From a virus (Duplodnaviria > Caudoviricetes): a DNA stretch of 64,000 nucleotides. This document shows positions 28,754 to 36,693 of the stretch, piece by piece. Positions within the stretch are counted from its first letter, which is position 1; the number at the start of each line of letters is the position of its first letter. The DNA is taken from IMG/VR virus record IMGVR_UViG_3300049988_000118, positions 1 through 64,000 of that record; one strand, given 5' to 3'. The notes below the pieces were generated by a model. The model had not been told where the DNA came from. It ran no database searches and worked only from the letters and a program-made list of their open reading frames with translations. The translations under genes were made by a program, and so were the position numbers.

Positions 28754-28879
28754 TTCCACACCCGAGGTTCGGGCCTTCGCGCGTCCACACCCCACCCCAC
28801 ACCCCTATAGGGGTGGTGGTGTGGAATGGAGTTTCCACACTTCCACACCATTCCACACCACGCCTCGCAAGGTGTGGGA
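28754..28879. other. Putative satellite replication origin (TTCCACAC iterons + 14-bp palindrome)
   Basis: About 8 CCACAC/GTGTGG copies and the perfect palindrome ACCCCTATAGGGGT (28801-28814) directly after the primase stop. Confidence 0.65.
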
Positions 28880-28996
28880 GGCGACGACACGGCATGCTGT
28901 CACGATGGCCCTAATGCACGTGGTCGGGGACGATGCGGCTTGATGCATCCCGGGCGACCTGCGGTGTCACCCGGGATACCTGGTTCGTGAGCGGCG

Positions 28997-29365
28997 CTAG
29001 ACCCGATTGAACTCGCGTGCGTGCAAGTTGCTACCCGCGCGCACCATCGTCACGTTGAGCCGCTTGAAGCACGCCAGGAAGTCGGCGAGCGACAGGGGAA
29101 CGTCGACAGCGACCAGATCGATCGGCCCGTCCTGAGGCATGGCCTTCGTGGCCTCGTCGTAGCTGTTGCCCAGGGCATAGTGGGCCGTCAGCTTAGTGGA
29201 CCCGTCTACCTCGCTCTGCCAGAGGTCGAAGGCCACGAGGAAGCGGCCGGCAGGGGCAAGCCCGCGGGCAGCGAGCGTCGCCCCCAAGTCATCGACGGCG
29301 GCATTGTCGGCCGCGGCCGAGCCCTCCCAATCGCCGTACTGCGTCTCAGCCTGCAAGCGCTCCAT
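28997..29365 (-). CDS. Hypothetical cargo protein
   Basis: Antisense ORF with GGAG RBS; acidic, globular-looking. Confidence 0.55.
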   Translation of the reverse strand: MERLQAETQYGDWEGSAAADNAAVDDLGATLAARGLAPAGRFLVAFDLWQSEVDGSTKLTAHYALGNSYDEATKAMPQDGPIDLVAVDVPLSLADFLACFKRLNVTMVRAGSNLHAREFNRV

Positions 29366-29453
29366 GACCATGCTCCGTACAACCGTGGGCGGACGGCATA
29401 CGACCAAGCGGAGGCCGGGCCTAGGGGCCAAGCGGCGATCGTCACGGAGACCC

Positions 29454-29574
29454 GCACGTTCCTCGGTGGGTAGGCCCTCCGACCCCGCCCCGCATGCTGC
29501 GCCTCACTACCGCAGCGCACAATGGGTCCTCCGGAGACACCCCACCCCTCTGCGGGCAGAGTTGCTCCCGACTT
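29454..29574 (+). repeat. Satellite copy of the prophage cos region (121 bp, 100% identical to 19844-19964)
   Basis: Base-by-base identity at offset 9610; GGGTCCT at 29524-29530, dyad at 29548-29561; upstream of the satellite terS. Confidence 0.9.
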
Positions 29575-29656
29575 TCGGCTCTCTGCAAGTTTGCCAAAAA
29601 TAGGGGGGGCCGCTTCTTTTCGGTCCCTCGAAGCCTCGCTCCCGATGGAGAAACCG

Positions 29657-30175
29657 ATGAACGAGACCGCTTCGAACGCCGAGATGATGGAGCTGTTCGG
29701 GGTCTCAGACCGGACCGTCGCGAAGCACGCCGCCAGCGGGATATTCGTGCGTGTTGGCCGCGGCCAGTACGACGTGAAGGCCTCGATCCGCACCTACGCT
29801 GAGCACCTCCGCAGCGCCGCATCCGGGCGGCCCAGCACCAACGAAGAGCTGCGAGCCGAGAAGATTCGACTGACCGCCGCCCAAGCTGACCGCGCAGAGA
29901 TGGACCGGGACGCCGAGGCCGAGGTGATGGTCAACGTGAAGGAATTCGACGACGCGTGGGGCCATGAAATCGTCAAGCTTCGGCAGGGGTTTCTCGGCTT
30001 GGCAAATAAGATCGCGGAGGCTCACCCCCACTTCACGCGCCACGAGATCCACACCATCGACGAAGTGATCCGCGCGATGATGGAGCGGGTTGCCGACGAT
30101 GCCGATACACGCCTGGAAATCGCTCAGGCCAAAGAAGACAAGGGCGGAAAGTCGCGGCGCCGGTCCCGCCGCTGA
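29657..30175 (+). CDS. terS: Satellite terminase small subunit (Nu1-like)
   Basis: wHTH (MMELFGVSDRTVAKHAASG...GQYD), ELRAEKIRLTAAQADRAEM coil; C-terminus aligns with prophage TerS. Confidence 0.88.
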   Translation: MNETASNAEMMELFGVSDRTVAKHAASGIFVRVGRGQYDVKASIRTYAEHLRSAASGRPSTNEELRAEKIRLTAAQADRAEMDRDAEAEVMVNVKEFDDAWGHEIVKLRQGFLGLANKIAEAHPHFTRHEIHTIDEVIRAMMERVADDADTRLEIAQAKEDKGGKSRRRSRR

Positions 30176-30276
30176 ACGCGTAATTCGATTTAATGGTTGG
30201 TTTTGGTTGGTTTTCCCCGGTCCAAAGTTGGTTTTCTCTCGTTGAATTAGGCCCTCGTCCGCCGGACACTTCCGGC

Positions 30277-30624
30277 ATGACAACCGCCAGCTTCCCCCGC
30301 TTCAGCACAACGCTGGACCACGAGACGGCCCGCGCCGTCACCCTCGCCGCCGCCGAACGGATGCAGAGTCGCGCCGACTTCATTCGTGACGCGGTGGCCC
30401 ACGAACTGAGCGTCCGACAGGCCGCCGCCGACGCCGTGCGATCCGAGGTCGAGCGCCAGGGAGCCGCCGCCCGCCGCCTCACCGCCGCACTGGATCGGGG
30501 GCCGGGTGCAACCTCCCGTCTCACCGCCTCGCGCGTCGCCGCGCTCGCCCGGCCGGCCGCGCACACCATCCCCAACATCTCCACCCTCGACGCGGCCGAA
30601 GCCGCCGGAAAGGCATGCCCATGA
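30277..30624 (+). CDS. Ribbon-helix-helix (CopG-like) protein
   Basis: RFSTTLDHETARAVTLAAAERMQSRADFIRDAV fits the RHH pattern. Confidence 0.6.
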   Translation: MTTASFPRFSTTLDHETARAVTLAAAERMQSRADFIRDAVAHELSVRQAAADAVRSEVERQGAAARRLTAALDRGPGATSRLTASRVAALARPAAHTIPNISTLDAAEAAGKACP

Positions 30625-31706
30625 AATCGCCGACGAAGCTGCTCAAGGCCACCGCCACGGCGTTCGGCCTTGCCCGTAAGGCCACCGACGCCGAGGTCAT
30701 CGAGGCTGCAATCGCGGAGGCACGCACGGCCATTGCGGAGGGCGAGCGCGACGGGGCCGAGGCCCAAGCGCGCTACGACGAATCCCTGCTCGCCGATGAC
30801 GGCGACCCGGCCTTGATGCTCAACGCGATCCAGGCCGCCAAGATCAAGCGGGACCGCGGCGAGGCCCAGGTGGCCACCCTCACCGTGCGCCTGAACGATG
30901 TGCGGGAGGCCAGCGAGCAAGAACGCCGCGGCGCGATCTATCGGGATGCGGAGGCAAAAGCCGAAGCCGCCCGCGTTGCCCTGGTTCAGGAATACCCCGC
31001 CATCGCCCGACAGATGCATGGGCTACTCCGGCTTCTGGCCGAAGCCGAGATCAGGGTAGCGCAGGCGAACGCGGACCTACCGCACGGGGCCGCGCCCATC
31101 GCTTCGCCCGAGTGGCAGGTTCGGTATCCCGGGGCCAACCTGCCGCCGCTGCCGGCCCCAACGATGGTGAAGCTTTGGGCGCCCATGGGTGGAAGCGAGC
31201 CCGTGCCGGAGGAAGACCAGCAACGGGTTCGCCCGATGCCCGGTCGAGCGGAGTGGGTCGGCGCCCTCCGGCGTGATGACGGCTCCACGCTGGAGTGTCA
31301 TCGCCGTACCTTTCGGAAGTCGCTGGAATACGAGAAGCCCCACGGGGATTGGGGCACCAATCTGGCCGGGTCCGTGTGCCTGCCGGCCCTGTATCCCTTC
31401 ACCCCGCCCGTGTGGCCGCAGAACCTCATCAACGGCAAGACATTCGACCGATCTGCTGATGTTGCGCTGTCGACCTTGGATGATGTTGAGCCCCTGAGCG
31501 CGGCAGTCTGGCGACGAGCGGAGGCGATTTTGAAGGTCGTCACCCGCTTCCGGGAGGAGGGCCGCCCCCTCAACGTAGTGGACGACGGAGCACCGCGCGT
31601 ACCGCGCCACCAGCCTGTCACGGATCTCGCCCTTCGCCACCAGCCTGTCACGGATCTCGCCCTTTACGACGAGGATGACGGCGAAGCGGAGGGCGAGGCA
31701 GCATGA
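30621..31706 (+). CDS. Helical coiled-coil protein of unknown function
   Basis: Ala/Glu-rich heptads in the N-terminal half; coupled to its neighbours. Confidence 0.65.
   Translation: MKSPTKLLKATATAFGLARKATDAEVIEAAIAEARTAIAEGERDGAEAQARYDESLLADDGDPALMLNAIQAAKIKRDRGEAQVATLTVRLNDVREASEQERRGAIYRDAEAKAEAARVALVQEYPAIARQMHGLLRLLAEAEIRVAQANADLPHGAAPIASPEWQVRYPGANLPPLPAPTMVKLWAPMGGSEPVPEEDQQRVRPMPGRAEWVGALRRDDGSTLECHRRTFRKSLEYEKPHGDWGTNLAGSVCLPALYPFTPPVWPQNLINGKTFDRSADVALSTLDDVEPLSAAVWRRAEAILKVVTRFREEGRPLNVVDDGAPRVPRHQPVTDLALRHQPVTDLALYDEDDGEAEGEAA
31605..31664 (+). repeat. In-frame 30-bp tandem duplication (RHQPVTDLAL x2)
   Basis: CGCCACCAGCCTGTCACGGATCTCGCCCTT twice. Confidence 0.9.
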
Positions 31707-31966
31707 TGCGCGTCGTGCCGAAAGTCGATGGCGCCGAAGACGAACGGCGGGCGGCCAAGCGCCAACGGCTCACCGAAACCCTGGCCCTGCCGGAAGCGCA
31801 GGGCAGGGGCAACCTCCTCCCCTTCGCCCTGGCGTGCCGTTTCGATCTTCCCATGGCCCGCGTGAAGCAAGCCCTGGTCGACGCACCCGAGATGACCGAC
31901 CCGAACGAAGTTGCCGAGTGGGCGGAGGCATACCCCGTCCGCTCAAAACTGGAGATCGTGAAATGA
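31703..31966 (+). CDS. Hypothetical protein
   Basis: 87-aa coupled ORF. Confidence 0.55.
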   Translation: MMRVVPKVDGAEDERRAAKRQRLTETLALPEAQGRGNLLPFALACRFDLPMARVKQALVDAPEMTDPNEVAEWAEAYPVRSKLEIVK

Positions 31967-33219
31967 ACGACTACGATGGCCGCCGCCTGATCTGCGAAGG
32001 TGCCTTGGTCCTCTATGGTGACGTGGGCGAGGCCGGATGGGCGGACGTCGATGGCTTCACCGCCTCCGATGTGCTGTTCGCGCTCGCGGAGATCGGCGCA
32101 GACCGTGACGTGACGGTGCGGATCAACTCTGGCGGCGGCAATGCCTTCGAGGGCCTCGCCATCCACGCGATCCTCTCGGCGCACCGCGGCAAGATCACCA
32201 CCGTAGTCGAGGGCATCGCCGCGTCCGCCGCCTCCATCATCGCGATGGCGGGGAAGGACCGGATCGTCGCGCCCGGGTCGCTCATGATGATCCACGACCC
32301 GTCGGGCCTGACGGTCGGCACGGCGGACGATCACGACGACACCGCCGCCATGCTGCGCACCCTGTCGGATGCGCTTGCGACCGTCTACGCGACCGCCACC
32401 GGCCGAGCGAAGGCCGTCATCCTGGAGGAGATGAAGGCCGAGACGTGGCTCGACGCCGACGAATCCCTTGCCCGGCGGTACGCCACGGCGATCGGAACCG
32501 CCCCCGCCTCGACCGCCATGCTCCCGTTTCCGTTCGGAGCCTATGCGAAGGCACCCGCCCACCTCGTCGCCCTTGCGGAAACGAAGGGGTGGAGCGCCCG
32601 CCAGTTCACCGCCTCGCACGCCCTGGGCAAGTCGCGTTCCGAGCGCCACGCCGCTGCACCGCGCTCCTTCGATAAGGCGGCCACCGCGTCGGCGCCTGAC
32701 GCCATCGCCCAGACGTGCGCTCTTGCCGGGTGCCCGGAGAGGGCCGCCGAGTTCATTGCGGCTGGGGCGTCGTCGGCCGACGTAGCGAAGCAGCTGCTAG
32801 CGGAAGCGGTGACCGGCACGGCCACCCAGGGCGCGAGCCAGAACCGTCTGTCTCGCGCCGATTCGGCGTCGGTCGCGACCCTGTGTCTCGACGCGAGCAT
32901 TCCCGAGATGACGCCGACCATCCTCGCCCGAGCCACCACCGTGGATCAGGCCAAGGCGCTGATCCAGACCGGCACCGAAATGAAGGACGTCGTGACCCTG
33001 GCGCGCCGGCACTGCCCGAGCGTGCCCGAGGATTTGGCGGTCACAGCGTTCGCCGCCGGAAAGACGGTCAAGCAGGTCCGCGACGAGGCCGTGAACCTGA
33101 TGGCGGAAGAGGGCGACCGAACCGAAGTCCAGGGGAGCCGCCACCCCGCCGCGATCAATTCCGGCCCCGGGGCGGCGAAGCGGAACATGCTGGCCCAACT
33201 CGCGCGGGCCACCCGCTGA
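31963..33219 (+). CDS. Satellite ClpP-type head maturation protease fused to scaffold domain
   Basis: RINSGGG, GIAASAASIIAMAG (Ser), MIHDP (His), ETW; paralog of 42203..43411. Confidence 0.9.
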   Translation: MNDYDGRRLICEGALVLYGDVGEAGWADVDGFTASDVLFALAEIGADRDVTVRINSGGGNAFEGLAIHAILSAHRGKITTVVEGIAASAASIIAMAGKDRIVAPGSLMMIHDPSGLTVGTADDHDDTAAMLRTLSDALATVYATATGRAKAVILEEMKAETWLDADESLARRYATAIGTAPASTAMLPFPFGAYAKAPAHLVALAETKGWSARQFTASHALGKSRSERHAAAPRSFDKAATASAPDAIAQTCALAGCPERAAEFIAAGASSADVAKQLLAEAVTGTATQGASQNRLSRADSASVATLCLDASIPEMTPTILARATTVDQAKALIQTGTEMKDVVTLARRHCPSVPEDLAVTAFAAGKTVKQVRDEAVNLMAEEGDRTEVQGSRHPAAINSGPGAAKRNMLAQLARATR

Positions 33220-33410
33220 TGGCCCTGGCAACCTCCGCCCTCCGCGTCCGCATCGTGGACACCCCGTCGGCCGGCGCTCTCCTCGACCTCGCCGACCGCT
33301 TGCGCCGACTCGCCCCGTCGCCCCGCGATCCGGAGCGCTTCCACGTCGAGAAGTCCGAGATTGAGGGCGAACTGCGCCGGCTCGCCCTGCCGCCCGCCCG
33401 GAGATCCTAA
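33219..33410 (+). CDS. Small hypothetical protein
   Basis: TGATG overlap; 63 aa. Confidence 0.55.
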   Translation: MALATSALRVRIVDTPSAGALLDLADRLRRLAPSPRDPERFHVEKSEIEGELRRLALPPARRS

Positions 33411-33413
33411 ACA

Positions 33414-33851
33414 ATGCCCAAAAGCTCCACTCGGAAGCGCGCCCCTGCCGCGCGGTCCCCCGCCCCGGACCTCCCGCCGCCGCGCTTCGTCATGCCGGTG
33501 CCGGATCATACCGTTCCGCTGATCCACCCGGTCGAGTACGCCGGCCGAACCTTCGCCAGCATCACCCGTCGACGCCCGTCTAGCGCCGTGCTGGGCCGGT
33601 GGTTCGAGCAGTTCACCGAGGGCGCGGCGGTCCCGGGCGACACGAATCTCAACGTGCCGATTTTCGTCGACGAGGCCGGCGACCTCGTACCGGATGCGGT
33701 GCTCGGCTTTCTCGACGACGATGACCGGCAGGTCGTGTTCGAGGATGCTGACCGTTTTTTTCCCAAGCGGCTCGCGGTTGCCCTGGAAGCTCTGACGCAG
33801 GACTCAGCCCCTTCGTCTGGCGAACCTGCCGAGCCGACATCATCCGCTTGA
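33414..33851 (+). CDS. Satellite tail assembly chaperone (TAC)
   Basis: Aligns with prophage TAC (L..P.E..G......RR; PIF.D..G..PD.....LDDDD; F.P.R); lies directly before a TMP. Confidence 0.8.
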   Translation: MPKSSTRKRAPAARSPAPDLPPPRFVMPVPDHTVPLIHPVEYAGRTFASITRRRPSSAVLGRWFEQFTEGAAVPGDTNLNVPIFVDEAGDLVPDAVLGFLDDDDRQVVFEDADRFFPKRLAVALEALTQDSAPSSGEPAEPTSSA

Positions 33852-33943
33852 TAGGGGGCTCGCGGGCTGAGCTCGACGCCATGACCTGGGGCGAGTTCAC
33901 CCGCGAGTGGTTCGAAGCCAAACGCGTTTCTGAGGGCCGCTGA
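33755..33943 (+). other. -1 programmed frameshift (T TTT TTT) and gpE'/gpT-like extension of satellite TAC
   Basis: The -1 frame is open from the slippery site to TGA 33941-33943 and encodes RADIIRLIGGSRAELDAMTWGEFTREW. Confidence 0.8.
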
Positions 33944-33944
33944 G

Positions 33945-36635
33945 ATGTCGACACGCACCGCAACCCTGATCGCCAACTTGGTCGATCAGGTCTCAGGTCC
34001 GGCCAAGGGCATGGCCGGCGCCCTGAAAAGCACCGCATCCGCCCTCGATGCACTGAAGGCCAAGGCCGGCAAGATCGACGCCTTCAAGCAGGCGAGCAAG
34101 TCGCTGGACGACGCCGCGCAGAAGTTCAGGCTGGCGCAGCAGAACGTGCGCAAGATCAAGGCCGAGATGGAGGCCGGCGGCGACGGCGCCAAAAAGCTCG
34201 GGAGCGCGCTGAAGGGCGCCGAGCGCAACGCCGATGCGGCGCGGGCCGCGTTCAAGAATCAGGGGCAGGAGGTCCGCGCGTTGCGCACCGCCCTGGAGCA
34301 GGCCGGCGTGCCGCTCAACGCGCTCGCCGCGCACGAGCGCCAGTTGCAGACCCAGATCAACCACACCACCGAGGCGCTCAAGCGACGGAAGAAGGCGCTT
34401 GCGGATGTTGGCGCCGGGGCGCCGGCGAGCCGGATGGGGCCAGCCGCAGGCGGGCACGGGCCTCAAGCAGGGCGCGGGGGCGGTGGCACGGGCGCCGCCG
34501 GGAGCGCCGTAGTGGGCGCCGGCGTGGCGCGCTTCGGCGTGGCAGCGGCCGGAATCGGTGGGGGTGCCTACATCATCGGCGATCAGATCCGCCGGGCTGC
34601 GAAGTCGTCGATAGATTTCGAGCGCAGCATGATCGAGGTCGGCAAGGCCACCGACGCATCAGGGGCCGATCTCGAAAAATACTCCGAGGGCATCCTGGCG
34701 CTGGCCCGCGCCACCGGCAAGACGAAGGAAGACCTCGCCTCGATGCTCTCCTCGGCGGGCTTTGCCGGCCGCCCGAAGGAGGAGCTAATGAACTTCACCG
34801 AGTACGCGGCGAAAGCGACCGTGGCTTGGGGCACGAGCGCCGAAGACACCGGCCAGGCGTTGGCCGAGATCGGCAACATCTACGACGCGAATCAGAAGCG
34901 CATCGAGGAGATCGGCGACGCGATCAACACGATGGCGGACAGCTCGGCATCGAAGGAATCCGACCTACTCGACTTCATGCGTCGGGCGGGTGCCTCGTCG
35001 AAGCAGGCCGGCATCTCAGCCGAGCATATGCTGGCGTTCGGCGCCTCGATGAAGGAAGTGGGCGTCCGGACCGACGTGGCCGCCACCGGCTTCGAGGCAC
35101 TCCTGAACGTGATGAAGCTCGGCGAGGAGTTTTCGAAGAAAGCAGGCGAAGGTCTGAAGGATCTCGGCGTCAACTCCACCAAGATGCGCAAGGCGTTCGT
35201 CGCCAAGCCGGTCGAGACGATGCTTGGCCTGCTGGAAAAGATCAACAAGGTCGCGGACCCGCTCAAGAAAGCGGAGATTATGACCAACCTTTTTGGCAAG
35301 GAATATCAGGACGACATCGCCAAGATGCTCAACGCCTTGCCGAAGGTGAACAAGTACATCGGCATCATGAGCGATCAGGCGAAGATTGCCGCCGGTGGCG
35401 TCCGGTTCCAGTTCGGTCAGAACCTCGACAAGGACGTGTCGAAGATCGACCGGGCCACGCAATCCATCGACGTTCTCTACAAGCGCATCGGCGACCCGAT
35501 CAAGATCCAGATCGGCGGCATCTCCGAGCAGGTCAATACGCTCGTCGACAGCCTGGAAAAGGGCGACACGATCCTTCAGCGCCTGGTGAAGCGCCTCAAC
35601 GGCGGCGAAGCTGGCAAGCCGATCGAGCTGCCCGAAATGAATGGCGAAGGCGGCCTGGAAAAATGGTTCGAGGAAAAGCTGCCCTGGCTGAGCGGCAAGA
35701 AGTGGAACGACGAGGTCGACAAGCGGATCGGCAAGACCGGCGCTGACACGGACCGGATGAACCGCGAGGACGCCGACGGGCGGCGCGCCGCGGCCGAGCG
35801 GGAGGTGCTCGACCGCCCGGCCGACATCGAGACGAAGATCCAGCGCCAGCGCCGCGCACAGGATCAGGCCCGGCGGGAAGCGGTCGGGGCTACGGGGATG
35901 CGGCGCTCGCTGGCGGTGGAGCAGATCGGCAAGTCCGACGCCGAGGTGAAGCGCTTGGAGGGCGAGCTTGCCAAGGCTTGGGAGGCGATCGGAGCCCTTC
36001 GCGCTCAGCACAAGCGGGACAAGGGGGCGTTCAGCGTCGACGGTCCGGCTGCGAAGGACGTGGAGACCATCGGCCCGGGCCGCTTCGGGCTTGGCCTACA
36101 CGGCACGGACGTGCTGCCCTCGCGCCGGGTGCCGCTACCGCCGCCGCGACCCGCAGGGCTGACGCCCGGCGCAGAAATCACCATGCCGGAGATCAAGGTC
36201 GAGGTGGACACCTCCGGCTTCGATGAGGCCAGCCGCAAGGCCGATGAACTCGGTGCGCGGACCATCGCGCCGAAGGGCGACGGCGCCGGCTTGGCCCCCA
36301 TCGGGACAGCGGCCGACGAGGCCAAGGCGAAGCTCTCTGAAATCAATGCCACCACCGTCACACCGAAGGGAGATGCCGCAGGGCTCGCGCCGCTCGGGAC
36401 GGCCGCCGACGAAGCCAAGGCAAAGCTTTCGGCCCTCGCCGGGGTGAGCGTCGCGCCGACCGTCGACGCCTCATCCATCGCGGCGGCAGAAACCGCAGTA
36501 GATCGCCTCCTGGCGAAAATCGCCCGGGTCGGCCCAGCCCTGAAAGGCGCCAACGGGGCTGTTGCCTCGGGTGTCGTCCGTTCCGGCAACGTCGCCCAGC
36601 GCCTCCAGAACACTTTCACCGACAAGGGGATGTGA
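33945..36635 (+). CDS. Satellite tail tape measure protein (TP901-type core)
   Basis: AAKSSIDFERSMIEVGK...LALARATG core; N- and C-termini match the prophage TMP. Confidence 0.9.
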   Translation: MSTRTATLIANLVDQVSGPAKGMAGALKSTASALDALKAKAGKIDAFKQASKSLDDAAQKFRLAQQNVRKIKAEMEAGGDGAKKLGSALKGAERNADAARAAFKNQGQEVRALRTALEQAGVPLNALAAHERQLQTQINHTTEALKRRKKALADVGAGAPASRMGPAAGGHGPQAGRGGGGTGAAGSAVVGAGVARFGVAAAGIGGGAYIIGDQIRRAAKSSIDFERSMIEVGKATDASGADLEKYSEGILALARATGKTKEDLASMLSSAGFAGRPKEELMNFTEYAAKATVAWGTSAEDTGQALAEIGNIYDANQKRIEEIGDAINTMADSSASKESDLLDFMRRAGASSKQAGISAEHMLAFGASMKEVGVRTDVAATGFEALLNVMKLGEEFSKKAGEGLKDLGVNSTKMRKAFVAKPVETMLGLLEKINKVADPLKKAEIMTNLFGKEYQDDIAKMLNALPKVNKYIGIMSDQAKIAAGGVRFQFGQNLDKDVSKIDRATQSIDVLYKRIGDPIKIQIGGISEQVNTLVDSLEKGDTILQRLVKRLNGGEAGKPIELPEMNGEGGLEKWFEEKLPWLSGKKWNDEVDKRIGKTGADTDRMNREDADGRRAAAEREVLDRPADIETKIQRQRRAQDQARREAVGATGMRRSLAVEQIGKSDAEVKRLEGELAKAWEAIGALRAQHKRDKGAFSVDGPAAKDVETIGPGRFGLGLHGTDVLPSRRVPLPPPRPAGLTPGAEITMPEIKVEVDTSGFDEASRKADELGARTIAPKGDGAGLAPIGTAADEAKAKLSEINATTVTPKGDAAGLAPLGTAADEAKAKLSALAGVSVAPTVDASSIAAAETAVDRLLAKIARVGPALKGANGAVASGVVRSGNVAQRLQNTFTDKGM

Positions 36636-36693
36636 CGACGGCAGTCGGCCGCGCAGAGACGGTCAGTAAATGGCTTGTGACGATCTGGGCAGC

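Noticed and set aside
19844-29574. 121-bp direct repeat as att sites or IS ends
   Set aside because: The copies do not bound an element with a recombinase, and both lie directly before terS genes with cosQ/cosN-like features. The true boundaries are the AACATCAGAC repeats at the portal breakpoints.
31963-33219. Housekeeping ClpP
   Set aside because: It has a long scaffold extension, is paralogous to the prophage head protease, and has no clpX nearby.
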